A program made the position numbers and the translations under genes. Below, in pieces: positions 8,631-18,381 of a stretch of 64,000 nt of DNA; the first letter of the stretch is position 1, and each line of letters starts with the position of its first letter. Location: assembly GCA_965262725.1 (NCBI GenBank), contig OZ253555.1, forward strand, positions 224,001 to 288,000. The letters are read 5' to 3'. The stretch is from Dehalococcoidia bacterium. GTDB taxonomy: Bacteria; Chloroflexota; Dehalococcoidia; UBA2979. The notes beneath the pieces were generated by a model. That model made no database searches. It saw only the letters and a program-made list of their open reading frames with translations, and had not been told where the DNA came from.

Positions 8631-10049
8631 GTGGGCTACCAAGAGGTCAAGGCACTGATGGATTCGCGCGGCGTTCGCCGCGTGGAGCTGCGCGTCACGG
8701 ACCTGTTCGGCCGCTGGCAGCAATTCGCTATCCCGGCGGAGTTCTTGACGACCGATCTCCTGGCGAACGGGCAGGGTTTCGACGGATCCTCCCTGCGCGG
8801 GTTCCAGGAGATCCACGAGTCGGACATGCTGCTCATGCCCGACATCGACAGCGCGGTCTATGACCCCATGTCCTCTTCCGAGGTGCCGACGCTCGCGGTG
8901 ATCTGCGACGTGGCCGACCCCATCACGAGGGCCTCGTACTCGCGGGACCCGCGTAACGTCGGCCGCAAGGCCGAGGAGTACCTGCGCTCGACCGGCATCG
9001 CCGACACGGCCTACTTTGGCCCCGAGGCTGAGTTCTTCATCTTCGATGACGTCCGCTACGAGCAGGGCCAAGGCGCGGCCTTCTACTACCTGGATTCGGT
9101 GGAGGCGCACTGGAACAGCGGACGCGACGAGAAGCCGAACCTCGCCTACAAGATTCCCCCCAAGGAGGGATACTCGCCGGTCGCGCCCTTCGACACGCTC
9201 ACCGACATCCGCTGGGAGATGCATGAGGCGATGCACGCCGTGGGGATGAGGACCGAGGTCGGTCACCACGAGGTGGCGACGGCCGGGCAGGGCGAGGTCG
9301 CGACCCGCTTCGACACCCTCACGCGCCGCGGCGACTACAACCAGTGGTACAAGCACATCGTGCGCAACGTGGCGCGCCGCCACGGCAAGGTCGCCACGTT
9401 CATGCCGAAGCCGATCTTCGGCGACAACGGCACCGGGATGCACACTCACATGTCGCTGCGCAAGGACGGCGAGCCGATCTTCTTCGACGCGGATGGCTAC
9501 GGCGGCCTCTCCACGCTCGCGCGCCACTACGTGGGGGGACTGCTCAAGCACGCGCCGGCGGTGCTCGCCTTCGCCGCGCCGACGACGAACTCCTACAAGC
9601 GCCTGGTGCCGGGCTTCGAGGCGCCCGTCAACCTCGTCTACTCGATGCGCAATCGTTCCGCCGCGATCCGGATTCCGACCTACGACATGTCGCCGGGGGC
9701 GAAGCGAATCGAGTTCCGCCCGCCGGACCCCGCGTGCAACGCCTACCTGGCCTTCGCGGCGATGCTGATGGCCGGCCTCGACGGCATCCAGAACCAGATC
9801 GAGCCGGGTGACCCCATCGACCGCAACATCTACGAGCTGTCGCAGGATGAGGCGAGCGCCATCCCGAAGGTGCCGGGCTCGCTGACGGAGGCGATCGCGG
9901 CGCTGGAGGCCGACCACGAGTTCCTGCTCGCCGGAGGCGTCTTCACGACCGACCTGCTGGATCTCTACGTCGACTGGAAGCGGGACGAGATCGGCGAGCA
10001 CGGGCAGCGGCCGACGCCGTACGAGTACGAGATGTACTTCCACGTGTAG
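8631..10049 (+). CDS. glnA: Glutamine synthetase type I (GSI-beta)
   Basis: FDGSS, HHEVATAGQ, FMPKPIFGDNGTGMH, NRSAAIRIP, adenylylation-type NIYEL; AGGAGG RBS. Confidence 0.97.
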   Translation: MGYQEVKALMDSRGVRRVELRVTDLFGRWQQFAIPAEFLTTDLLANGQGFDGSSLRGFQEIHESDMLLMPDIDSAVYDPMSSSEVPTLAVICDVADPITRASYSRDPRNVGRKAEEYLRSTGIADTAYFGPEAEFFIFDDVRYEQGQGAAFYYLDSVEAHWNSGRDEKPNLAYKIPPKEGYSPVAPFDTLTDIRWEMHEAMHAVGMRTEVGHHEVATAGQGEVATRFDTLTRRGDYNQWYKHIVRNVARRHGKVATFMPKPIFGDNGTGMHTHMSLRKDGEPIFFDADGYGGLSTLARHYVGGLLKHAPAVLAFAAPTTNSYKRLVPGFEAPVNLVYSMRNRSAAIRIPTYDMSPGAKRIEFRPPDPACNAYLAFAAMLMAGLDGIQNQIEPGDPIDRNIYELSQDEASAIPKVPGSLTEAIAALEADHEFLLAGGVFTTDLLDLYVDWKRDEIGEHGQRPTPYEYEMYFHV

Positions 10050-10087
10050 GCCGCCCCGGCGGGGCCGGCACCGCCGGCCGCGGGAGC

Positions 10088-11407
10088 ATGCCGATGGATG
10101 ACCCGGTTTCGCGTCAGCATGTCCTGCAGGCGTGTCGCGATCACGATGTGAAGTTCATCCGCCTCTGGTTCACCGACATCCTGGGGGTGCTCAAGTCGGT
10201 GGCGATCACGGTGGAGGAGCTCGAGCACGCGCTCGCCGACGGCATCGCCTTCGACGGCTCCTCGATCCGCGGCTTCGCGCGGGCGCGGGAGACCGACATG
10301 GTCGCCGTGCCCGACGCGGCGACCTTCCAGCTGCTGCCGTGGCGGCCACGCGAGCAGGCAGTAGCACGTATGTTCTGCAATATCCACAAGCCCGACGGCG
10401 AGCCGTTCGCGGGCGACCCGAGGGCCGTGCTCAAGCGCACCCTCGCGCGCGCGGCCGGCGCCGGCTTCACCTTCTACGTCTCCCCGGAGATCGAGTTCTT
10501 CTACTTCCGCGACGCCCACGGGACCGAGCCGCTCGACGAGGGGGGCTACTTCGATCTCACCGCCTTCGACGCGGCCTCCGACCTGAGGCGTGAGACCGTG
10601 CTGATGCTCGAAGAGCTCGGCATCGGCGTCGCCCTCTCGCACCACGAGGTGGCGCCGAGCCAGCACGAGATGGATCTGCGCTACACCGACGCGCTGACGA
10701 TGGCCGACGCGATCATGACCTACCGGGTCGTGGTGAAGGAGGTGGCGCTCAGGCACGGGGTCCACGCCACCTTCATGCCGAAGCCCTTGACCGAGCACAA
10801 CGGGTCGGGGATGCACCTGCAGCTCTCGCTCTTCCGCGGCGAGAGCAACGCCTTCTACGAACCGTCCGACGAGCTGCGCCTGTCGCCGCTCGCGCGGCAG
10901 TTCGCGGCCGGCCTGCTGCACCACGCGCCAGAGACGCTGCTGGTGACGAACCAGTGGGTCAATTCCTACAAGCGGCTGATGCCGGGCTTCGAGGCCCCCA
11001 CGCACCAGAGTTGGTCGCCGCACAGCCAGTCGGAGCTGGTGCGGGTGCCGGCGCATCGCCCCGGGCAGGAGCTCTCGACGCGCATTGAGTACCGCGCGCC
11101 GGACGCGGCCTGCAACCCCTACCTCGCGCTGGCCGCCGTGCTCGCGGCCGGGCTTGCCGGCATGGAGGGGGGTTACGAGCTTCCGCCCGCGCACGACGCG
11201 ACGCCTGACGGGGAGGCCGCGGAGGCCCCCGCCCTTCCCTCCTCGCTCGGCGAGGCGATCGGGGCGTTCGACGGCTCGGAGCTGATGCGCGAGACGCTCG
11301 GCGATCACGTCTTCGAGACGCTGATCGCGAACAAGCGGGAGGAGTGGGCCCGCTACCGGGTCCAGGTCTCCCAGTACGAGCTCACGCAGTACCTGACGCT
11401 GCTCTAA
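10088..11407 (+). CDS. Glutamine synthetase family protein (GlnA2/GSI-alpha-like)
   Basis: FIRLWFTDILG, FDGSSI, HHEVAPSQHE, FMPKP, NSYKRL, RIEYRAPD. Confidence 0.92.
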   Translation: MPMDDPVSRQHVLQACRDHDVKFIRLWFTDILGVLKSVAITVEELEHALADGIAFDGSSIRGFARARETDMVAVPDAATFQLLPWRPREQAVARMFCNIHKPDGEPFAGDPRAVLKRTLARAAGAGFTFYVSPEIEFFYFRDAHGTEPLDEGGYFDLTAFDAASDLRRETVLMLEELGIGVALSHHEVAPSQHEMDLRYTDALTMADAIMTYRVVVKEVALRHGVHATFMPKPLTEHNGSGMHLQLSLFRGESNAFYEPSDELRLSPLARQFAAGLLHHAPETLLVTNQWVNSYKRLMPGFEAPTHQSWSPHSQSELVRVPAHRPGQELSTRIEYRAPDAACNPYLALAAVLAAGLAGMEGGYELPPAHDATPDGEAAEAPALPSSLGEAIGAFDGSELMRETLGDHVFETLIANKREEWARYRVQVSQYELTQYLTLL

Positions 11408-11509
11408 CGCGCCGTCTGGTGGCGGGGGCGGCGTGTCGCCGGGGCCTCACACGGAGGCCCCAGTGCTGCTCCCACGCACAGGAGGACGGCTCGGCTACGC
11501 CGCCGCGTG

Positions 11510-12346
11510 CTAGACCCCGGGGTCGTGCAGGAAGGCGCGCACCTCGTCCGCCCAGATGTCGGGTGCCTGCCCGGCGTTGAAGTTCCCCTGGCTCGGGATG
11601 CGGACGCCGCGCGAACGCGGGATCGTGGCGAGGAACTTCTCGTGCGAGCGCCCGAGCTCGCTGGTCGTGCCGTGGATGACGAGAGTCGGCGCCTGGATCT
11701 TGGGCGTGCTCTCCCACATGTCGTGGTGGCACATCGCGTAGGGGCCGGCCCCCTCCCACCCCATGTTCCCGTATGCCGTCTCGCCCTCGTTCACGATCAG
11801 GTTGTTGATGAAGCGCTCGGTGACGCGTCGCATGTCCATTCCCGGTCGGGTTCCGCCGACCTTGTTCCAGAGATCGACGAGGTGGCTCCCGTCGGTCCGG
11901 GCTTCGAAGTAGCGGTGAATGCGCTCGTGGACGGCGCGGCGCGCGGGCGTCCCCCAGTTGAAGACCTCCTCGATCACCAGCTTGTCGACGCGCTCCGGGA
12001 ACTCGGCCGCCGTCACCGCGGCGATCTCCGAGCCGGTGTGCGTGCCGTAGAGGCTGGTGCGCTCGATCCCGAGCCCGTCGAGCAGCCAGGTCACGGCGCG
12101 TGCGAACTCGCGGAGAGTCGTATAGGGCGGATCGGGGCGGTCGGACTGCCCGTAGCCCATCGTCGACATCGCGATCACGCGGAACTCGCCGGCGAGCATC
12201 GGGGCGATATCGCGATAGGCCATGCAGGATGAGGGCGTGGCGTGCAGCATCACGAGGGGCTCGCCCGCTCCGATCTCGAAGTACTCGATATTGCCGTCCG
12301 GGCACTGCGCGAAGCCGCGCCGGAGCGTCGCCGTCGCCTGGGTCAT
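11510..12346 (-). CDS. Alpha/beta hydrolase fold protein with atypical GTHTG elbow
   Basis: [29 protein letters not shown]; GGAGG RBS before ATG at 12346. Confidence 0.85.
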   Translation of the reverse strand: MTQATATLRRGFAQCPDGNIEYFEIGAGEPLVMLHATPSSCMAYRDIAPMLAGEFRVIAMSTMGYGQSDRPDPPYTTLREFARAVTWLLDGLGIERTSLYGTHTGSEIAAVTAAEFPERVDKLVIEEVFNWGTPARRAVHERIHRYFEARTDGSHLVDLWNKVGGTRPGMDMRRVTERFINNLIVNEGETAYGNMGWEGAGPYAMCHHDMWESTPKIQAPTLVIHGTTSELGRSHEKFLATIPRSRGVRIPSQGNFNAGQAPDIWADEVRAFLHDPGV

Positions 12347-12666
12347 CGACCGCCTCCTCCTCGTCGTCAGCTCGTGGTGACCGGGGAGAGGCCGCCGCCC
12401 CGATCGGGGCGGCGGGCCGCGGGAGTCCGGTCGCTCCGGGGATAGTAGATCAATGGACCGCCGGTGTGGAGGCGCGTGCGCGTGCGCGGGCACGGGATGC
12501 GTGTGTCGCAATGCCGGGGCCGGAGACGCCGCGGGAGACGGCGCCGGCGCGCGCTTCGATGGCGCTCCCTGCGGGCCGGACCTATACTCCTTTCGGCTCT
12601 GTGCGGCCCCCGCGCCTCATGGCGTGTCGGGCTGGGCATGAGACGGCCGAAGAGTGGAGCACGAGC

Positions 12667-12804
12667 GTGCCGAAGCGCACCTGGCAGCCGAAGCGCATCC
12701 CGCGCAAGCGGAAGCACGGCTTCCGCGCGCGGATGGCGACGCGGGGTGGACGCGCGGTGATCCGGCGCCGACGCGGGCGCGGGCGCTCACAACTCGCGGC
12801 CTAG
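12667..12804 (+). CDS. rpmH: 50S ribosomal protein L34
   Basis: [27 protein letters not shown]. Confidence 0.97.
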   Translation: MPKRTWQPKRIPRKRKHGFRARMATRGGRAVIRRRRGRGRSQLAA

Positions 12805-12828
12805 CGGTTTCTGGAGCGCAGAACCGGC

Positions 12829-13173
12829 GTGGCTGCCGCGGCAGACCGTCTGCGCCGGAGCACCGAGATCACTCGGACGTTGCGGGGGGGTAGGCGGGCG
12901 CGGCGGCGGTTGGTGCAGATCGCGGCCCGTCCCAACGGACTTCCGCGCAGCCGCTTCGCGCTCTCTGTGAGTAGGCGGGTCGGATCGGCGGTAACCCGCA
13001 ACCGCGTCAAGCGGCGCCTGCGGGCGATGCTGCGCGAGGGTCCGCCGCGCGGGGGGTACGACATCGTCGTGATCGCCCGCGAAGGGTCGGCATCGGCCGC
13101 GTACGGTGAGCTCAAGCGTGACGTGGAGCGCTGCTTCGGCGGAATCGGGCTCCGGCTCTCGGAGGATGCGTGA
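12829..13173 (+). CDS. rnpA: Ribonuclease P protein component
   Basis: [24 protein letters not shown] motif; follows rpmH. Confidence 0.95.
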   Translation: MAAAADRLRRSTEITRTLRGGRRARRRLVQIAARPNGLPRSRFALSVSRRVGSAVTRNRVKRRLRAMLREGPPRGGYDIVVIAREGSASAAYGELKRDVERCFGGIGLRLSEDA

Positions 13174-13424
13174 GTTTCCTGCTCAGGGGTGCCATCCGGA
13201 TCTATCAGGTGACGCTCTCGCCTCTGAGCGGCCCGGCGTGTCGCTACGCGCCGACGTGTTCGAGCTACGCACTCCTGGCGATAGAGCGGCACGGCGCCCT
13301 GCGGGGATCGTGGCTCGCCGCCCGGCGACTCCTCCGGTGCCGGCCGGGATCGCAGGGCGGGTACGATCCGGTCCCGGCGGAGTCGGCGCTGCGTGTCGGG
13401 CCGGGATCCGCGGTCGAGCGTTGA
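13170..13424 (+). CDS. yidD: Membrane protein insertion efficiency factor
   Basis: [10 protein letters not shown]...RRLLRC...GGYDPVP. Confidence 0.95.
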   Translation: MSFLLRGAIRIYQVTLSPLSGPACRYAPTCSSYALLAIERHGALRGSWLAARRLLRCRPGSQGGYDPVPAESALRVGPGSAVER

Positions 13425-14551
13425 TGTTTCACGTGAAACACCCACGCCTCCCGCTCGTCGCGGCGGCGCTCGCCGCGCTCGTGCTCGCGACCGGGTGCGT
13501 CGGCGGCAACTTCTCCGAGCCGGTGGGGTGGGCATCCCCGGTCGAAGCCGGTGAGCTCCTGCTCGTGCAGAGCGAGCGCGGACGCCTGGACGCGCTCGAG
13601 TTCACGGCGAGCGGCGGACTGGTGGCGCGCTGGCACTACCCGATCTCCGACGATGAGGTGGAGCTGGATGCGATCTACGCGACGCCGATCGTGGAGGACG
13701 GCGTGATCTACCTCGCCGGCTACTCCGGCGACATCGTCGCGCTCAGCCTCGCGACCGGTCGCCCGTTGCCCGACTGGGGCCGGCCCGTTCGGCTCGATGG
13801 CCATATCGTCGCGACGCCCGCCTTCGACGGGCGGCGACTCTACGTCGCCACCGATCGCGGCCGGGTCACCGAGCTCGACGCGGCGACCGGGCAGGTCGGC
13901 GACGTGGTGCTCGAGGCTGGCGAGAACCACCCGATCTGGGGCGATCCCGTGCTCGCCGCCGGCACGCTCTACATCGCCGACATCGACCACACCGTGCGCG
14001 CGATCGGAGTCGATTCCGGGGCGGTGCGCTGGGTGCAGGTGCTCGACGGCGGCCTGGCGGCGCCGCTGACGCTCGATCGCGAGGTGCTGCTCGCGGGCGC
14101 CCTCGACTCGCGCCTCTACGCGCTCGACGCCGGGGCCGGCGGTGAGCCGCTGTGGAGCTTTCAGGGCGACGGGTGGTTCTGGTCGCGCCCGCTCGTCGCG
14201 GGCGACTCGATCTACGCGCCGACGACAGGCGGCACCGTCTATGCCATCGATCGGTTCTCGGGAGCCGAGCGCTGGAGCTTTGCCAGCGAGGGATCGCAGA
14301 TCCGCACGGCGCTGGTGCTCGTCGACGGCGTGCTCGTCGCCGTCGACCGCGACGGGGCGATCGTCGGGCTGGATCCGTCGAGCGGCGCAGTGCGCTGGCG
14401 CAGCACGATCGACGGCGACGTTCTCGCCGATGGGCTCGTGCGCGGATCGGAGCTCCTCTACGTGACCACCGATGGCGACCTGGTGCGCGTCCATCCGCAG
14501 GACGGCCGCATCGAAGAGCTCTCTCGTCTCTCCGCGTTGCAGGACGGGTAG
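13424..14551 (+). CDS. PQQ-like beta-propeller lipoprotein (BamB-like)
   Basis: LATGC lipobox; repeated YALDA..G...W blades; start ATG 13424 or GTG 13433. Confidence 0.85.
   Translation: MFHVKHPRLPLVAAALAALVLATGCVGGNFSEPVGWASPVEAGELLLVQSERGRLDALEFTASGGLVARWHYPISDDEVELDAIYATPIVEDGVIYLAGYSGDIVALSLATGRPLPDWGRPVRLDGHIVATPAFDGRRLYVATDRGRVTELDAATGQVGDVVLEAGENHPIWGDPVLAAGTLYIADIDHTVRAIGVDSGAVRWVQVLDGGLAAPLTLDREVLLAGALDSRLYALDAGAGGEPLWSFQGDGWFWSRPLVAGDSIYAPTTGGTVYAIDRFSGAERWSFASEGSQIRTALVLVDGVLVAVDRDGAIVGLDPSSGAVRWRSTIDGDVLADGLVRGSELLYVTTDGDLVRVHPQDGRIEELSRLSALQDG
13425..13440. promoter_or_regulatory. parS: parS centromere site
   Basis: Perfect 16-bp palindrome TGTTTCACGTGAAACA, 3.2 kb from parAB. 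Confidence 0.95.
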
Positions 14552-14557
14552 GCGACC

Positions 14558-15541
14558 GTGCCGATTGGCTTCGTCTGGCAGACGTTCCTCGAGACACCGC
14601 TCATCAACGTGATGGTGGCGCTCTCGGCGTTCACCTTCGGCTCGTACGGGCTCGCGATCCTGCTCTTCACCGTCATCTCGCGCGCGGTCACCTTCCCCCT
14701 GACCCTGCGCACGCTGCACTCGATGCGCCACCTGCAGGACGCGCAGCCGCGCATCCAGGAGATCCAGAAGAAGTACTCCGACCCGAAGCGGCGCTCCCAG
14801 GAGACGATGAAGCTCTACAAGGAGCTCGGCGTGAACCCGCTGGGCTGCCTGGGACCGCAGCTCATCCAGCTTCCGGTCTTCATCGCGCTCTACCAGGTCA
14901 TCCGCATCACGCTGGGGACGACGCCCGAGAGCGTGCTCTCGCTCTCCGGGCGCCTCTACGAGATGGACGTCGTGCAGGGGGCGATTCCGCTCTCGACGAG
15001 CTTCGTGCTTCTCGATCTGCGCGAGAACGGGCCGATCTGGATGGTCGCCATCGTCTTTATGGCGATGTGGCTGCAGCAGCGCATCTCCAGCGGCCGCACG
15101 CGTGCGACGGCCGCTCCCAACGCGCAGCAGGCCCAGATGAACCAGATGATGCAGTGGATGATGCCGGCCATGTTCTCGTGGTTCGTCTTCATCGTTCCGG
15201 CGGGGCTCGGACTCTACTGGGCCGCGAGCACGGTTATCGGTATTGTCTTGCAGTGGATTTTCGTGGGGCCCGGGGACTTCACCTGGGGCTCCCTGATTCC
15301 GCCCCGGGCGCGCGAGTCGCTCGGCCTCTCGCGCGCTGGCCCGACGCAGGCGCGCCGGCCCCGCGAGTCGGTCGACGCCACGCGGTCGGGAACCGAGGAG
15401 AAGCAATCCGAAGCGGATGTCGAGACAAGGACGGATGATGGACACAGTGGAGGTCAGCGGAAGGACGGTCGACGAGGCCGTCGACCGAGCGCTCGGTCAG
15501 CTCGGTCTCAGTCGCGATCAGGTCGACGTCGACGTCGTTAG
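14558..15541 (+). CDS. yidC: Membrane protein insertase YidC (short, Gram-positive type)
   Basis: YGLAILLFT...QPRIQEIQKKY...GVNPLGCL...PAGLGLYW. Confidence 0.95.
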   Translation: MPIGFVWQTFLETPLINVMVALSAFTFGSYGLAILLFTVISRAVTFPLTLRTLHSMRHLQDAQPRIQEIQKKYSDPKRRSQETMKLYKELGVNPLGCLGPQLIQLPVFIALYQVIRITLGTTPESVLSLSGRLYEMDVVQGAIPLSTSFVLLDLRENGPIWMVAIVFMAMWLQQRISSGRTRATAAPNAQQAQMNQMMQWMMPAMFSWFVFIVPAGLGLYWAASTVIGIVLQWIFVGPGDFTWGSLIPPRARESLGLSRAGPTQARRPRESVDATRSGTEEKQSEADVETRTDDGHSGGQRKDGRRGRRPSARSARSQSRSGRRRRR

Positions 15542-16460
15542 CGAGGGTCGCTCCGGCTTCCTCGGTATCGGTTCGGAGGAGGCTGTCGTGCGGGTCACGG
15601 CGCGGGGCTCCTCCGAGGCGGTCGGTTCAGGCGAGGAAGCGGACAGGCCGGCCCGGAGGCGCGGCCGCCGAGGCGGCCGCGGCCGCCGCCGCGACGGGGG
15701 CGCCCGGGCCCAGGCGGACACCGATGAGCCACCCGTGCGAGAGGAAGCCGCCCCGGCCGTCGCCGATCCCGGGGACGACGAGCCGCCGCGGCGGTCGGAG
15801 GTGGAGGGCTGGGGCGACGGTGGTCGTCGCGGTGATCGTGAGCGTCCCGGCGGTCGCGGCCCGGCCGGTCGCTCCCGCGGCGCACGGAGGTTCCGCGGGA
15901 CGCCGCTTGAGGGCGCCCCGCGTATCCCCGGCCAACCGCCGGAGCCGCCCGAGCCGGTGGCGGAGTGGGAGGACGCTGTCGACCTCGCCGGCCGCACGCT
16001 CCGCGACATGCTCAACCTTCTGGGTTTCGCGGAGACGGAGATCCGTGGCCGCGATCCGGAGACGGCCGGCGACGGCGTGGGCAGAACAGAACAAGTGTTC
16101 GATATCGTCGCCCTCGACGACGACACGGCGGATGAGCTCGGCGGGCTGATCGGCCGCCGCGGCCAGACGCTCGTGTCGCTGCAGTACCTCCTCAACGTGA
16201 TCGTCTCCAGGCGCCTCGGGGGCGATCACGTCTTCGCAGTGGATGCCGCCGGCTACCGCCGCCGCCGCGAGGAGTCGCTCGTGGAGATGGCGCGGGAGAT
16301 CGCGGGCGAGGTCCGTGAGACGGGCGACGTGATCACGCTCGAGCCGCTCTCGGCTGCGGAGCGGCGCATTATCCACCTCGCCATCGAGCAGGAGGAGGGC
16401 GTCCGATCCGAGAGCGTCGGCGAGGGGGACGAGCGACAGGTCGAGGTGCTTCCGGAGTAG
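15435..16460 (+). CDS. jag: RNA-binding protein Jag/EloR (Jag_N, KH, R3H)
   Basis: VEVSGRTVDEAV N-terminus, LIGRRGQTL KH motif, ERRIIH R3H motif. Confidence 0.92.
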   Translation: MMDTVEVSGRTVDEAVDRALGQLGLSRDQVDVDVVSEGRSGFLGIGSEEAVVRVTARGSSEAVGSGEEADRPARRRGRRGGRGRRRDGGARAQADTDEPPVREEAAPAVADPGDDEPPRRSEVEGWGDGGRRGDRERPGGRGPAGRSRGARRFRGTPLEGAPRIPGQPPEPPEPVAEWEDAVDLAGRTLRDMLNLLGFAETEIRGRDPETAGDGVGRTEQVFDIVALDDDTADELGGLIGRRGQTLVSLQYLLNVIVSRRLGGDHVFAVDAAGYRRRREESLVEMAREIAGEVRETGDVITLEPLSAAERRIIHLAIEQEEGVRSESVGEGDERQVEVLPE

Positions 16461-16673
16461 CCACGCCCGGGTCGCGGCGCTCCGCGGAGGCCGTGGAGGC
16501 GGTCGATCCGGCGCGCTCTATACTCGCAGGGATCTGAGTGCTCCCCGTCTTGGGACGCCGGGGCCGCGGCCTCGCGGGGCGGCCGGCTTGGGAGTCCGGG
16601 AGCCGGGATCGCATGGCGCGGCGCCCGTCGGGGCTCCGCGGGCGAGGCGCGCGGGTGTCGGGGGCCGGTCGAT

Positions 16674-17477
16674 GTGAGCGTCGTGATCGCGTTCGCCAAC
16701 CAGAAGGGCGGCGTCGGTAAGACGACGACCGCGGTGTCGGTCGCGGCGGGCGCGGCAGGGCGTGGCGTGCGCGTGCTCCTGGTCGACGCGGATCCGCAGG
16801 CGAACTCGACCTCGGCTCTGGGCGCGCGGGCGGGCGAGGGCGGTCTCTACGAGGTGCTCGTCGGCGGCCTTGCGCCGGCGGACGCTGTCCTCGAGACGGG
16901 GACGCCCGGTCTCTCGCTCCTCCCGGCGAGCGGCGATCTCGCCGGCGCCGCGGTGGAGCTCGTCTCGGCGGCGGCGCGCGAGCATCGACTTCGCCTCGCC
17001 CTCGAGGGCGTGCGCAACGACCACGACCTGCTGGTGATCGACTGCCCGCCGTCGCTCGGGCTGCTGACCGTGAATGCGCTGGTGGCCGCCGATCAGGTCA
17101 TCGTGCCGGTGCAGTGCGAGTACTTCGCGCTCGAAGGGCTCGGGCAGCTGGCGCGGACGATCGATCTCGTGCGGGCGAACCTGAACCCGGGACTGCGGCT
17201 CGGCGGCGTGATTCTCACGATGTTCGATGCGAGGACGAAGCTCGGTCGGCAGGTTGAGGAGGAGGTGCGCCGGCACTTCGATGCCACCTTCGAGACGGTG
17301 ATCCCGCGCTCGGTGCGGCTGGCGGAGGCGCCGAGCCATGGGCAGCCGATCCAGATGTACGATCGCCGCTCGCCGGGCGCGCTGGCGTACGAGAGTCTCG
17401 TCAGCGAGATCCTCGCTCGATTGCGCCTGCCGGCGGCGAGGGAACGATGCGCGGAAGGGGCGGATAGTGGCGCGTAG
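16674..17477 (+). CDS. parA: Chromosome partitioning ATPase ParA/Soj
   Basis: NQKGGVGKTT, DADPQAN, IDCPPSLG, VRLAEAPSHG. Confidence 0.96.
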   Translation: MSVVIAFANQKGGVGKTTTAVSVAAGAAGRGVRVLLVDADPQANSTSALGARAGEGGLYEVLVGGLAPADAVLETGTPGLSLLPASGDLAGAAVELVSAAAREHRLRLALEGVRNDHDLLVIDCPPSLGLLTVNALVAADQVIVPVQCEYFALEGLGQLARTIDLVRANLNPGLRLGGVILTMFDARTKLGRQVEEEVRRHFDATFETVIPRSVRLAEAPSHGQPIQMYDRRSPGALAYESLVSEILARLRLPAARERCAEGADSGA

Positions 17478-18381
17478 GAGCGGGCTCGGACGGGGGCTCG
17501 AGGCGCTGATCCCGGTGACCCCGGGAGAGACGGATCCCAGGTTGCCCGTGCGCGAGGTCGCGGTCGATCGCATCGCGCCGAATCCGCAGCAGCCCCGCAC
17601 GGCGATGGATCCGGAGGCGCTTTCGGAGCTCACCCGCTCGGTGCGCGAGCACGGCGTGATCCAGCCGCTGCTGGTGTCCGAGCTCGGCCGCTCTGAATTC
17701 GACGACGAGGACCTCGTCGAGGAGCCGCGCTACCAGCTGATCGCGGGCGAGCGCCGGCTGCGGGCGGCGGAGGCGGCCGGCATGGAGCGTGTGCCGGTCG
17801 TCGTGCGTCAGAGCACCCCCCAGCAGCTGCTCGAGCTCGCCATCGTCGAGAACGTGCAGCGCGCGGATCTCAGCCCGCTCGAGGAGGCCGTCGCCTACCA
17901 ACGCCTGGTGGAGGACTTCGGCCTGACGCAGCAGGAGGTCGCGGCCCGGGTCGGCCGCTCGCGCACGGCGGTGGCCAACACGATCCGGCTGATCGAGCTC
18001 CCGGACGCCGTGAGGCGCTCGCTCGCGCTCGGCGAGATCACGGCCGGCCACGCACGCGCCATCCTCGGACTCGCGAGCGGGGAGGCGCGTGTCGCGGCGT
18101 GGCGGCGCGTCGTCGCCGAGGGGATGAACGTACGTCAGGTGGAGAGCATGGTGCGGGCGGCGGTGGCTCCGCCGCCGCCGGAGATCCGTCGCGATCGCCC
18201 CCGCGGGGCCGCCGACGACCAGTCGCGGGCCGTGGTGGAGGCCCTGGAGAGGGCGCTCGGCACGCGCGTGCGCCTGAGGCGCGGCCGGCTGGGGCGGGGC
18301 TCGCTGACGATCCACTTCTACAGCGACGAGGAGCTGGACGGCGTGCTGGAGCGGTTGCTGGAGGGGGAGGAGATCCGATGA
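17467..18381 (+). CDS. parB: Chromosome partitioning protein ParB/Spo0J
   Basis: GLGRGLEALIP, NPQQPR, GERRLRAA, ENVQRADL, HTH. Confidence 0.96.
   Translation: MARRSGLGRGLEALIPVTPGETDPRLPVREVAVDRIAPNPQQPRTAMDPEALSELTRSVREHGVIQPLLVSELGRSEFDDEDLVEEPRYQLIAGERRLRAAEAAGMERVPVVVRQSTPQQLLELAIVENVQRADLSPLEEAVAYQRLVEDFGLTQQEVAARVGRSRTAVANTIRLIELPDAVRRSLALGEITAGHARAILGLASGEARVAAWRRVVAEGMNVRQVESMVRAAVAPPPPEIRRDRPRGAADDQSRAVVEALERALGTRVRLRRGRLGRGSLTIHFYSDEELDGVLERLLEGEEIR

Noticed and set aside
16369-16377. DnaA-box-like TTATCCACC
   Set aside because: Single mismatched copy inside the jag R3H coding sequence
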